A stretch of DNA of 61,799 bases, filler included, from Dugesia japonica (GCA_001938525.1; 5 parts of 5 records of this genome joined end to end with filler, not necessarily neighbours in it); one strand, 5' to 3'; counted from the whole stretch's first letter, positions 13,153 through 22,522 are shown. The notes: generated by a model not told the origin, from the letters alone. Numbers and translations: made by a program.

Positions 13153-13417
13153 ATATAAGAAATATAAACATGTTAAAATGAAATAATAAAATTGTTTTAG
13201 TTGAAATGGAATATAAGAAATGAAACTTGCTAGTAATAAAATTGTTTTAATTGAAAATGTTAGAGGAGTTTATATAAAATAAATATAAGAAATATAAACA
13301 TGTTAAAATGAAATAATAAAATTGTTTTAGTTGAAATGGAATATAAGAAATGAAACTTGCTAGTAATAAAATTGTTTTAATTGAAAATGTTAGAGGAGTT
13401 GATATAAAATAAATATA
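13087..13417 (+). repeat. 130-bp tandem repeat (~2.5 copies) duplicating the MCP 3' end
   Basis: GAAATGAAACTTGCTAG starts at 13087, 13217 and 13347. Confidence 0.9.
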
Positions 13418-13421
13418 TAAA

Positions 13422-14849
13422 ATGTCCAAGTTCCTTTGTGATTATTGTGGTAAAGTATTATTAAAGAAAAATAAATCTCGACATTTAAATTTATGTATTA
13501 ATAAGAATGGAGGAGATCTTAGCATAGCACGAGATGGCGGCGACTTACAAAATTCAAGTTTTATATCTTCACTATTAAAACCTATAACAACAGAGAAATA
13601 TCCAGGTGAACGCCATCTTTTCAAACATAATTACACTGGGCCTGGTACCCGCCTAGATATCCGACTTGAACAAGATCCTGAAAATCCAAATTATATGAAA
13701 CCAAAACCAGGTGAAGAACCAGTTAATCAAGTTGATGCAGCTGCATTAAAACATGACATTGCGTATTCCAGTGAAAATATTGAAGATCGGCATATTGCTG
13801 ATGTACATTTAATACATGATCTTAATAATATTGAAAATCCAACTACAGCAGAAAAAATTCAAAGAGCCCTTGTAAAATTGGCTATGAAAGGTAAAATTAT
13901 GATTGGTCAAAGCGTTGCGAACCATAAAGGACAAGGAGCAAAAAAGAAAGACCCATATAAAAAAACAACAATTATTAAACAAGAATCTGATGATGAAATA
14001 GAACTTGAAAAAAGTGAGGTTTTATCTAAAGAACTTCACCATGAATTCCGAAAAACTAAACATTTTAGAAAAGTAATTGTCCATGAAAAAGATGAAATTT
14101 GGTCAGCCGATCTCGTATTTCAAGGCACAGAACGTAAAAATAAACAAGTAATATTAACAGTAATAGATCTTTATACCCGATTTGCGTTTATTGAATTAAC
14201 CAGTAATAAATCTGGACCTAAAATAACAGAAGCATTTGAAAGAATTCTAGAAAAAAGCTCTAGAACACCAGAGAAACTCTGGGTTGATGAAGGTACTGAA
14301 TTTTACAATCAACATTTTAAATCTTTCTGTAATAAAAATAATATTGAAATGTATTCTATTCAAAATAAAGGAAAAGCAGTTGTAATTGAAAGATTCAATC
14401 GAACATTAAAAAGTAAACTTTTTAAACATTTTACTTCCAGTGGATCTCAAGATATCACACTTAAACTCCTAGAACAAATTGTATTTGATTATAATAATAC
14501 AATACATTCAAGTATCAATATAACACCTCAAGAAGCTTCATTAAATCCAGAAAATATAAACTTAAAACCTGTAACAAAAACAAAAACCTTAAAAACAACC
14601 ACAAGGGCAACAAAACCTAAATTTAAAATTGGCCAACGTGTAAGAATAACCAAACTCTGAAAAACATTTCCTAAAGGTTACACATTTAAATGGTCAAAAA
14701 GAATTTATATAATTAGTGATATCCGTGAACAGTTTAATTATCCAAATAATCAAGGCCAAGAACCATTTACATATCAAATCTCACATCTTAACGGCAACAA
14801 AATACTTGTAAGCTTTTATACAAACGAACTTCAAAAGACATCATTATAA
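13422..14849 (+). CDS. Zn-finger + parvovirus-type PLA2 + rve (DDE) integrase fusion, with an in-frame TGA at 14658-14660
   Basis: CDYC...H...C zinc finger. PLA2 motifs YTGPG (Ca loop), VDAAALKHDIAY and RHIAD. Integrase motifs WSADL, TVIDLYTR, WVDEGTEF and IERFNRTLK. After the TGA the frame stays open for 62 codons (KTFPKGYTFKWS...TYQI...FYTNELQK*), the normal Polinton integrase tail. Confidence 0.92.
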
Positions 14850-14906
14850 AAATTATAAATTTAAAAAGATAGAAATTAAAAAACGTCATTAAAAGTCTTT
14901 ATAAAA

Positions 14907-15059
14907 ATGGATCTAGAACAAGAATTTGAAAATTTAATAATAATATCGCAAATGCGTAATACTGATAATCTAATTTATGATTTACAAGAAATTTCTTATG
15001 AAATGTATGAGAAAGAATTTGTTAATTTATGTGATATAGAAAAGAGCCATGACTTTTGA
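14907..15059 (+). CDS. Small acidic hypothetical protein (50 aa), below the ORF-track cutoff
   Basis: MDLEQEFENLIIISQMRNTDNLIYDLQEISYEMYEKEFVNLCDIEKSHDF*. Preceded by the same TATAAAA-ATG context as neighbouring genes, and overlaps the ATPase start. Confidence 0.5.
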   Translation: MDLEQEFENLIIISQMRNTDNLIYDLQEISYEMYEKEFVNLCDIEKSHDF

Positions 15060-15846
15060 TTCGCAGAAAGCAGTGTATATTTGGAATAATAATATTACAA
15101 AATTTAATAATAAAGTCTTACCAAATAATTTTAGATTATTAATTATAGGATCTNCAGGTTCAGGTAAAAATGTATTACTTATGAAAATGCTCTTGACACC
15201 TGATTTCCTAGACTATGACAATTTAATTATCTATTCTACAACTATTAATCAATTTGAGATTCAATTATTATATCTCGGATTTGAATCTGGATTATCAAAA
15301 GAAGATATTAGTTTAATATTTCAAAAGCAACATATCACACCTAAGAATCTAGATACACCAAATGAAGTTATTAAATATTTCATTGACAAGAAACTAGTTA
15401 CAACAACCACAAGGGCAACAAAAAAAACTCGGACCAAGAACTGGATAGATGTGACATTAAGTAATCGACCTGAAGAAATAATAACATGTGACAAGTTATC
15501 AAGAGACAAGAAAAATCTTATTATTTTCGATGATGTTGTTAACGAGAAAAATCAACAAATACAGAAATCTTATTTCACAAGAGGTCGCCATTCAAATTGT
15601 AATGTTATTTATATCTCCCAAACTTATTATGATCTCGATAAAAATTCAATACGTAATAATTCAAATTGTTACATCTTTTTCAAATTAAATAAAACTGATA
15701 AAAATAATGTTTATCATGAATTATTNNNNNNNNNNNNNNNNNNNNNNNNNNNNNNNNNNNNNNNNNNNAATCTCCATTGGAAAACTAAATATAATTATTT
15801 TTATCTTAACAAAGAAACTGATGAACTTTTAGATGATTTATTCTAG
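15049..15846 (+). CDS. DNA packaging ATPase (A32/FtsK-like)
   Basis: Walker A LLIIGSxGSGKN, Walker B LIIFDD, arginine finger FTRGRH, ISQ sensor and SIRNN. Contains a short N gap. Confidence 0.92.
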   Translation: MTFDSQKAVYIWNNNITKFNNKVLPNNFRLLIIGSXGSGKNVLLMKMLLTPDFLDYDNLIIYSTTINQFEIQLLYLGFESGLSKEDISLIFQKQHITPKNLDTPNEVIKYFIDKKLVTTTTRATKKTRTKNWIDVTLSNRPEEIITCDKLSRDKKNLIIFDDVVNEKNQQIQKSYFTRGRHSNCNVIYISQTYYDLDKNSIRNNSNCYIFFKLNKTDKNNVYHELXXXXXXXXXXXXXXXNLHWKTKYNYFYLNKETDELLDDLF

Positions 15847-16176
15847 TTTATTTCTCATAATTTCTTTTCTCATAATTTCTTCTAATTCTTCGTCTGTGTA
15901 TATAATTTTATAATTACTTCTTTTTTCTCTTTCTTTTTCATATTCAATTGCTTTTTGTCTTAATTTATCTCTTTTAATTTTTTTCGGTCGTTCTGACATT
16001 ATAAATCTATAATAATCGGTTCCTTTTTTAAATGGAATAGTCTTATCTTGTTCCTCACGTGTTTTATTTAACCATTCCCATGCTAAAATTTCATTTCTTT
16101 TTATTATTTCCAATTCACATTCATTATTATGTTTTTTATAATAAGATTCACAATAATCGATATAATCTGTTGTCAT
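15838..16176 (-). CDS. Polinton hypothetical protein (112 aa, highly charged)
   Basis: Clean ATG-initiated ORF, the last gene of the minus-strand block. It converges on and overlaps the ATPase stop. Confidence 0.6.
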   Translation of the reverse strand: MTTDYIDYCESYYKKHNNECELEIIKRNEILAWEWLNKTREEQDKTIPFKKGTDYYRFIMSERPKKIKRDKLRQKAIEYEKEREKRSNYKIIYTDEELEEIMRKEIMRNKLE

Positions 16177-16273
16177 TTTAAGATAAAAATTTTAATCATA
16201 GATATCAAATTCAACAATTTTAAGTGTTGCATATTAAATTCAACATATCAAATTCAACATATTAAATTCCTAA

Positions 16274-16873
16274 TTATATTCCTAGCTTAGCGCGCATTTC
16301 AGAAATAACTTTATTTTGATTTTCAAGTAATAATTTTAAATTATCATCTTTAGATTTTTTATGTCCTGATATTAATTCATGAACATCTGATACCATCTTT
16401 TTAGAAATACTTAATTCATCATCTGTTAAAATTTCATCATCAACTGCTTTCTGTTGAAATAAGAATAGTTTATTTTTAACACATTCAAGTTTAGTTATTA
16501 ATTTTGAATATCTTTCTTTTCGAGATTTAACAAATGAAGTGTTCATTGTTCCAATTACAGGCAGAACTGAAATGGCTCCCGTAATAATCGGGATTCCAAT
16601 TCCAGTCAATGCAATTCCAACTGGAGTTATAAATATTATACCAGCTATTCCAATTCCTGCACTTAAAAGTATCTGTGTATATTTAATTCCAGAATCAATT
16701 CTATTCCATTTCTTTTCTAATTTCTTATAATGTTTAANTTTATCTTTAATATAATACAAATCATTTTCAAAATCTTTAATTCTAGATAATGACAATTTAT
16801 TTTTTAAATCTTGAATAGTATAACTATCATCTCTTAGGCTAGGATAAATATTATTATCTTCTATCATTTTCAT
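16274..16873 (-). CDS. Membrane protein resembling the adintovirus 'gasderminX' type
   Basis: IYPSL N-terminus, helical region, Gly/Ile-rich hydrophobic hairpin (LLSAGIGIAGIIFITPVGIALTGIG) and KAVDDEILTDDE motif, as recalled from Polinton accessory proteins. Confidence 0.6.
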   Translation of the reverse strand: MKMIEDNNIYPSLRDDSYTIQDLKNKLSLSRIKDFENDLYYIKDKXKHYKKLEKKWNRIDSGIKYTQILLSAGIGIAGIIFITPVGIALTGIGIPIITGAISVLPVIGTMNTSFVKSRKERYSKLITKLECVKNKLFLFQQKAVDDEILTDDELSISKKMVSDVHELISGHKKSKDDNLKLLLENQNKVISEMRAKLGI

Positions 16874-17093
16874 TAATTAAAATTTGAAGCCGTCAATAAA
16901 TTACCAAGGATAATCATTTCTAGAATATTCTTTCATTCCATAAAGTAAATTTGGGTGTACTAAATGAAGTGTAATAAATTATTTCTTTTATACTTTTAAG
17001 TGTTGGCTCATCTCCATTATAAGTTTTTATTAAAGTATCAATTCTCTTAACCTGAGATTCATTAAGATATTCTTTCAATATTTCATCTGGAAT

Positions 17094-18878
17094 TTAAAAT
17101 GTAATTAATTTAACATTTAAATTCATTAAAAAAATTTCTTTTGGTAACATTATTTCTATAAAATTTATTTTATTTACATTTAAAATTTCTTTGCTTTCTC
17201 GATAAATATTCATAAGATTATCATTAGGTTTAACAAATAAAAATGTTACTGCAACATGATTAATTTTAATGTAATAACTAAATTTTGGAACTTCACAGAA
17301 ACCATCTATACTTATTCCAACTTTATTATTTAATTTTGTATATAATGAAATAATTAAAGAATCTTTAATATTAAAATAATGATCACTGAATGTTGTATGT
17401 TTTATACAATCTTTTCTTGTAAAATCTAAATCATTTACATATTCATTAATACTATAACTTGGGAGTAAATCATTTTTCTTCATTGGAATAATTGAAAATA
17501 GGAATGGATTAGAATCCAATTTATAGGGTAAATAATTATCAATTAAATGTTTTATTTTTTGAATGTTAAATGTTTCAGATAAAATATTAAATTTATCAAT
17601 AAAATATTTATGAAGATTAGATTTTATCTTATCAAATTCTTTAGTTATATCTTCATATTTTTTACTGTTATCTAACATTTGTCTTATAGCTTTATTATCT
17701 AATTTTTCAAATAATAAATCAATATTGTTAATTTGTTTTTTATTAAATTTTGGTTTTATTTTTTCATACTCTTCTTTTAATTGTTCATTTGTTACCATTT
17801 TTTCTCTCTCAACACTTAAACCATATATCCAAAATCCTTTTGGTAAAATTATTTCAAGTAAATTTATTTCTGTTTCAGTGACATCTTGTCCAAATTCATT
17901 ATAATAATTTTCATCCCCAGTATTTGTATAATCATAAATAATATTATTAATATTAATAGTATAATGAAAGGTTTTATTTTTATAATAACAACCCTTTATA
18001 TAAACATAAATTTTTTCATTTATCTTTGTGGTTAATTTAACAGAAAAATCATTTAAAAGATAAAAATGGTGATTTTCCATTTTACCTTTTATTTTAAAAT
18101 CTAAATTGGTAACATATTCACCCATAACACTAAATTGTAGAAGATCGCTTTTATCATCGCAAATAAGTGAAAATATGTGTTTTTTAGTGTCAAGAAAAAC
18201 ATATGGTAAATAATTATCAATTAAATCTTTTATTTTTTCGAATGAATTAGATTTAAATAAAATGTTAAATTTATTAATAAAACTTTTATGTAGTTTTGGT
18301 TTTATCTTTTCATACTCAATTAATATTGTAAAGTAGTCAAAAGTTTTCTTATCCAAATCATCATCCAATTCTTCAATTTCTTTTTTCAATGTAACATTAA
18401 CGAATTGTCCGGAGGTCAGCGTAGCACCTTCTTTTAATTTAACTAATAAATCACTTTTTTTATATGAAAAAACAGATAATCTTAATCTTTCAATTTCATT
18501 TTTGATATCATTATATTTTGATATTGAACATTTATTTGTTAGATTTTGAATTTTAAGGTTCTAATCCGGATTATTCAAACGTTCAGCTTTATATTGTAAA
18601 TAAAGTTTATTGATTTCAGTTTGATCCAGTTTTAATAATTTAGTGAATATTAATTCATGTTTCTGTAATTTATCTTCAAGAGATTTAATATATTTTAAAT
18701 TAACTGCATCATTTAATTCTATAGGATCATCTATGATTTTTAAGCATGTTATAATATCACCTGTTTCATTTACAAATTTATTTTCAGCATATGACTCTGA
18801 CATTTTAATTTTAGCATTTACAGATTTTAATATTTCTGTTGAATCGTTGGAATCAGCTTTCACACCAAACTTATTCAT
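17094..18878 (-). CDS. Putative fibre/receptor-binding protein. Track ORFs 18561-18878 and 17094-18389 are one frame split by a TAG at 18561-18563
   Basis: The 57 codons between the two ORFs are in frame and open. N-terminal fibre-like motif DPIELNDAVNLKYI. Two copies of a ~170-aa module (KIKxxLHKxFIxKFNIL...KIKxLIDNYLPY...EYVxxLDF...EIxLPK). Confidence 0.65.
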
Positions 18879-18954
18879 CTCTTTTTTAATATTCTATTAT
18901 AAAGATCTAACATTTCACTGTTGAAATTTTAAATAAAGATCTTTCATTTCACTG

Positions 18955-19395
18955 TTAAAATGTTGCACTTGAATCTTTAGTTTTTTCTAATATTCTATTA
19001 TAAAGATCTAACATTTCAGATATAATATCTTCAAATTCAATATGCTGGATCTTATATAAAAAATAAATACATAAGATTCCACATATTTCAGTGTTAAAAT
19101 GTTGCACTTGAATTTTATTGTAAACTTTTACACTTGGGATTTCTTTTAATGGTTTTAAACCAAAAGAATCGAAATATTGATGATTATGGTAAGCAACCCA
19201 ATGTGTTCCATTTTGATTTGAATTTTGATAATTAAAAATATAATTCATTCCAGGAGCAATCCTCCATTTTTCATTTTTCATGTAAATTTCGAGATCCATT
19301 TTTAAAAAGTTGGATATTGAATATAAATCAAAATTTGTGGTCATGTTGATTCCAAATGTTTTTAAAAAATCTAATAAGTTATATGCTTCTGACAT
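18955..19395 (-). CDS. Adenain-like cysteine maturation protease
   Basis: Catalytic motifs GTHWVA (His), YFDSFG (Asp) and Q...CG..C (Gln/Cys). Confidence 0.92.
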   Translation of the reverse strand: MSEAYNLLDFLKTFGINMTTNFDLYSISNFLKMDLEIYMKNEKWRIAPGMNYIFNYQNSNQNGTHWVAYHNHQYFDSFGLKPLKEIPSVKVYNKIQVQHFNTEICGILCIYFLYKIQHIEFEDIISEMLDLYNRILEKTKDSSATF

Positions 19396-19493
19396 TTCTT
19401 ATAAAAATATTATAATCTAAATGTTAACATGTTAAATGTTAAAATCTATAATCGATATTTTCTTGGTTAAAATCTAAATGTTAAAATCCAAAT

Positions 19494-20306
19494 TTATAAT
19501 CGATATTTTCTTAGATGAACTAAAATTGTAATTGTTTCTTGGTTAAAATCTATCGTGTTAAAGTTTTCATCTACGATGTTAAATTTAAAATCATCAATGT
19601 AATCTGTGTTAATTTTAGAATAAATAGGAGGTGATGGTCGTTCAACTATTTTATATCCAAATGGAACTGTATTAATAGGAAATGAATATAAAAGATTAAT
19701 TTGTTTTGTTTTTGTTTCTTCTACCTTCGATGTAACATAGTTACCTTTAACAATGTCACATGTAATATTTAACGCGTTAATATTTGTAATATTAATTTTA
19801 TTTTCTGAATAATAATTTCCAGGTTCATACTTTCCAGGTTTAAATCCTAGGATCTCGTGAAAGAATGAATTAGAATCAAAAGTTATTGTTACTTTAGTTT
19901 TAATGTTACATTTAGATGTTGCAGTGTCAGGTTTAATCTCTAGATATTTTTCTAATCGATTTGACATTTCTCTAACTTCATATGATCCAGGTTCTAGGTA
20001 TTTTTCCCCTTTTATGTCTTCATATTGTGGCTTTATGGTTGTTGGTTTTTGTGGTTGTTGTTGTTGTTGTGGTTGTTGTTGTGATAGCCCTGTGTCTTCC
20101 TTTATGGTTTTGGTTGTTGGTTGTTGGTTTATTAAGATTTTACCTTCAACATGGAATTTATTATTTAAATCGGTAATATTAAAAATTATATTGTAGCATG
20201 AAAAATATAACAATCCAAGTTCGTATTCTGAATCTAATTTTATTGGATAATCCATGTTAACTTTTAAATTATCTTCTGTTCCAACTACTAAGAATTGATG
20301 AGACAT
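19494..20306 (-). CDS. Minor capsid protein (penton, single jelly-roll) with a poly-Q insertion
   Basis: YPIKL..EYELGL, FNIT..NNKF, PGSYE, ILGF, ITCDIV, GYKIVERP and IVDEN...IDF...HLRK motifs of Polinton pentons. Confidence 0.85.
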   Translation of the reverse strand: MSHQFLVVGTEDNLKVNMDYPIKLDSEYELGLLYFSCYNIIFNITDLNNKFHVEGKILINQQPTTKTIKEDTGLSQQQPQQQQQPQKPTTIKPQYEDIKGEKYLEPGSYEVREMSNRLEKYLEIKPDTATSKCNIKTKVTITFDSNSFFHEILGFKPGKYEPGNYYSENKINITNINALNITCDIVKGNYVTSKVEETKTKQINLLYSFPINTVPFGYKIVERPSPPIYSKINTDYIDDFKFNIVDENFNTIDFNQETITILVHLRKYRL

Positions 20307-20329
20307 TTTCTTTAGAAATATTTTACATT

Positions 20330-21637
20330 TTATTTAAAATATTTGGACTTATATTTTTTATAAATAATATCCGACAATAGTCCTTTAGATTTTAATTGTT
20401 TACAGAGAGTCTTGATTTCGGATGAGAGATTATCATGTCCAGATTTTGCAGCTGAAATTAATAATGTTAACTTTTCAAATAATGCTAATGGATTTTGTTT
20501 TCTGTTTTTATGACCACTTCCACTTTTTATCTTTAAATAATTATAATATGAATCATTTTTAGGTGGTTTTACCAAATCTAAATATAATGGAATATATTTT
20601 TTTCTTGTTTCTATAAATGATGAATTTATTTTTTCTTTATTTCCTGAAATTAAATCTATTAAAATATTATTAAATGAATTAGCTTTTATTCCTTCAGAAA
20701 CATAACTAGTGGTGTCCCTTTTATAAAAAAATATTTCTTTATCATTTTTAGGAAATTTTAATGTTAAGAATTTTTTATCATTAACAGTTGTATAATACAT
20801 TTTTGGTGTTGTTAATTCTGTTAATGAATCTGTTAAATTAAAATCATCAATTTTTAAAATTGGATGTACTTTATCTTTTTTAAATATTTCTAATATTTCT
20901 TCTTGTTGTCCTTGTGGTTTTTCTAGCTTTATGGATCTTTCTTCCTCTATTTCATAATCAGATTTATTATATTCTGGTTCAGATTCTGGTTCTGGTTTAG
21001 TTAATATAGCATCGTCTTCTGTTTTCTTTCTTGTTATTCTTTTAGGTGGTTTTCCAGGATCAACTTTTCTAAATTTATTTTTTAATTTAGTAACATAATC
21101 ACAATTAGTTGGTAAAGGAGATATTAATTTTAAATAAGTCTCAATTTCTTCAGGTGATTCTTTACCATCAATATTTCCTAGGATCATTCTAAAAATTCCA
21201 TCTGAGTATGGTATAACTTCGGATTTAAATAAGAAATATTTATTATCGAGTTCGGAGAATAAATGAATTTTATTTTCTTTTAGGGTTATTTCTAGAAAAC
21301 TTTTAATTTTATCAAGTGCTATGACATCTAATTTAGAAAACCTAGGGATAATTGTTTGAGTTAATTTTCCGGTGGCATTTATGTTTTCAATGTAATATTC
21401 GGGTATGAATGGTAAAATTTTTTTATTTAAAAAGAATTTTGTTATATCATTAGTTTCTGGTTTAATTTCTCGTGATGTTTTAAGTTTTTCAATTGCAGAG
21501 ATCATTGGAAGTTGTAGACTTGACAAGTTAGATTGTAAACTGTTAAAATCTTGAACTTTAGAACAAAAAAAGATATTATATTTTTCTTGAGCTTTAATTA
21601 ATGCTTTTAATTCTTTAATTCTTTGTTCGACTTCCAT
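20330..21637 (-). CDS. Conserved Polinton protein of unknown function
   Basis: 435 aa. The C-terminal GSG...NPLALFEKLTLLISAAKSGHDNLSSEI...LKSKGLL matches the recurrent Polinton motif P..L..RL.LL..S..AGN....EI..I...L...G.I. Confidence 0.75.
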   Translation of the reverse strand: MEVEQRIKELKALIKAQEKYNIFFCSKVQDFNSLQSNLSSLQLPMISAIEKLKTSREIKPETNDITKFFLNKKILPFIPEYYIENINATGKLTQTIIPRFSKLDVIALDKIKSFLEITLKENKIHLFSELDNKYFLFKSEVIPYSDGIFRMILGNIDGKESPEEIETYLKLISPLPTNCDYVTKLKNKFRKVDPGKPPKRITRKKTEDDAILTKPEPESEPEYNKSDYEIEEERSIKLEKPQGQQEEILEIFKKDKVHPILKIDDFNLTDSLTELTTPKMYYTTVNDKKFLTLKFPKNDKEIFFYKRDTTSYVSEGIKANSFNNILIDLISGNKEKINSSFIETRKKYIPLYLDLVKPPKNDSYYNYLKIKSGSGHKNRKQNPLALFEKLTLLISAAKSGHDNLSSEIKTLCKQLKSKGLLSDIIYKKYKSKYFK

Positions 21638-21716
21638 TATTTCGCGTAGCTCTTTTATAAAGATTTAATTTGTACGAAGTCGTCCTTTATGGATCTTTCC
21701 AGCTTAGCGCGTTATG

Positions 21717-22373
21717 TTAATAATCATCTGTTTCATAATCATCGGTTACATAATCATCTTCGGTTTCATAATCTTCGGTTTCGGTTTCGTTATCTATTTC
21801 TCCTCCATTATATGTAGGATATGGATTTAAATATAAACCATTTCCTTTCTTAATTATACGAGTTCCAGATTTAAACTTTTTAGTTAAATTTTTAAATTTA
21901 GGATCAATATTTCTTAAATATTTATGTATTGCGGTTCCTTGATATGGATTTAGATATATTCCCTGGCCTTTGTGGTCTTTCTTTTTATGGTTTTTGATTC
22001 CTGATCCTGATGTTCCTGGTCCTTCTGCCTTTATGGATCTTCCTGTGGTTAGTTTTTTAGCTTCAACTTCTTTTTGGATATCAATTAATTCACCTTCTTT
22101 TTGTTTGTTAATTGTTTCTCTCGATTTTGCAACTGTTTTTGCGACACCAGCTGCAATACCGGATGCAACACCTGCTGCAGCACCTGTAGTTGCTAATGCT
22201 GCAATAATTGCTGGTAATGCTGCTAAGAATGCGAAACCACCTTCAGAATGTTTTTTAATAGCCTCATCTTTAACTTTTTCAGAAATATAATAATTTTTAC
22301 CATTAATACGTACAGATTTACATTTTCTAGAATTTATAATTTTAATTAATTCTTCTTCTGTTGCTTCTGACAT
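21717..22373 (-). CDS. Core protein with an adenovirus pX-like amphipathic segment
   Basis: GGFAFLAALPAIIAALATTGAAAGVASGIA resembles the adenovirus pX segment GGILPLLIPLIAAAIGA. Basic body, repeated KGxG(I/L)YLNPY and an acidic repeat tail. Confidence 0.7.
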   Translation of the reverse strand: MSEATEEELIKIINSRKCKSVRINGKNYYISEKVKDEAIKKHSEGGFAFLAALPAIIAALATTGAAAGVASGIAAGVAKTVAKSRETINKQKEGELIDIQKEVEAKKLTTGRSIKAEGPGTSGSGIKNHKKKDHKGQGIYLNPYQGTAIHKYLRNIDPKFKNLTKKFKSGTRIIKKGNGLYLNPYPTYNGGEIDNETETEDYETEDDYVTDDYETDDY

Positions 22374-22522
22374 TTTTTAATATCAATATTTAGTATTTCT
22401 AATTTAATTATTAACAATTTACAATTTAATTTTAATAGTGATACTTTTAATTCAAACATTTTTAATTTTAGAATTTAAAATTATACTTTTATATTAAACT
22501 AGAACATTCTAAATTATTTTTT

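Noticed and set aside
19903-20196. Cys-rich (CCCCCGCCC) and poly-Val plus-strand ORFs
   Set aside because: Antisense shadows of the penton CAA/poly-Q repeat.
21970-22290. Plus-strand 106-aa ORF and other short antisense ORFs inside Polinton genes
   Set aside because: Antisense shadows of well-supported minus-strand genes.
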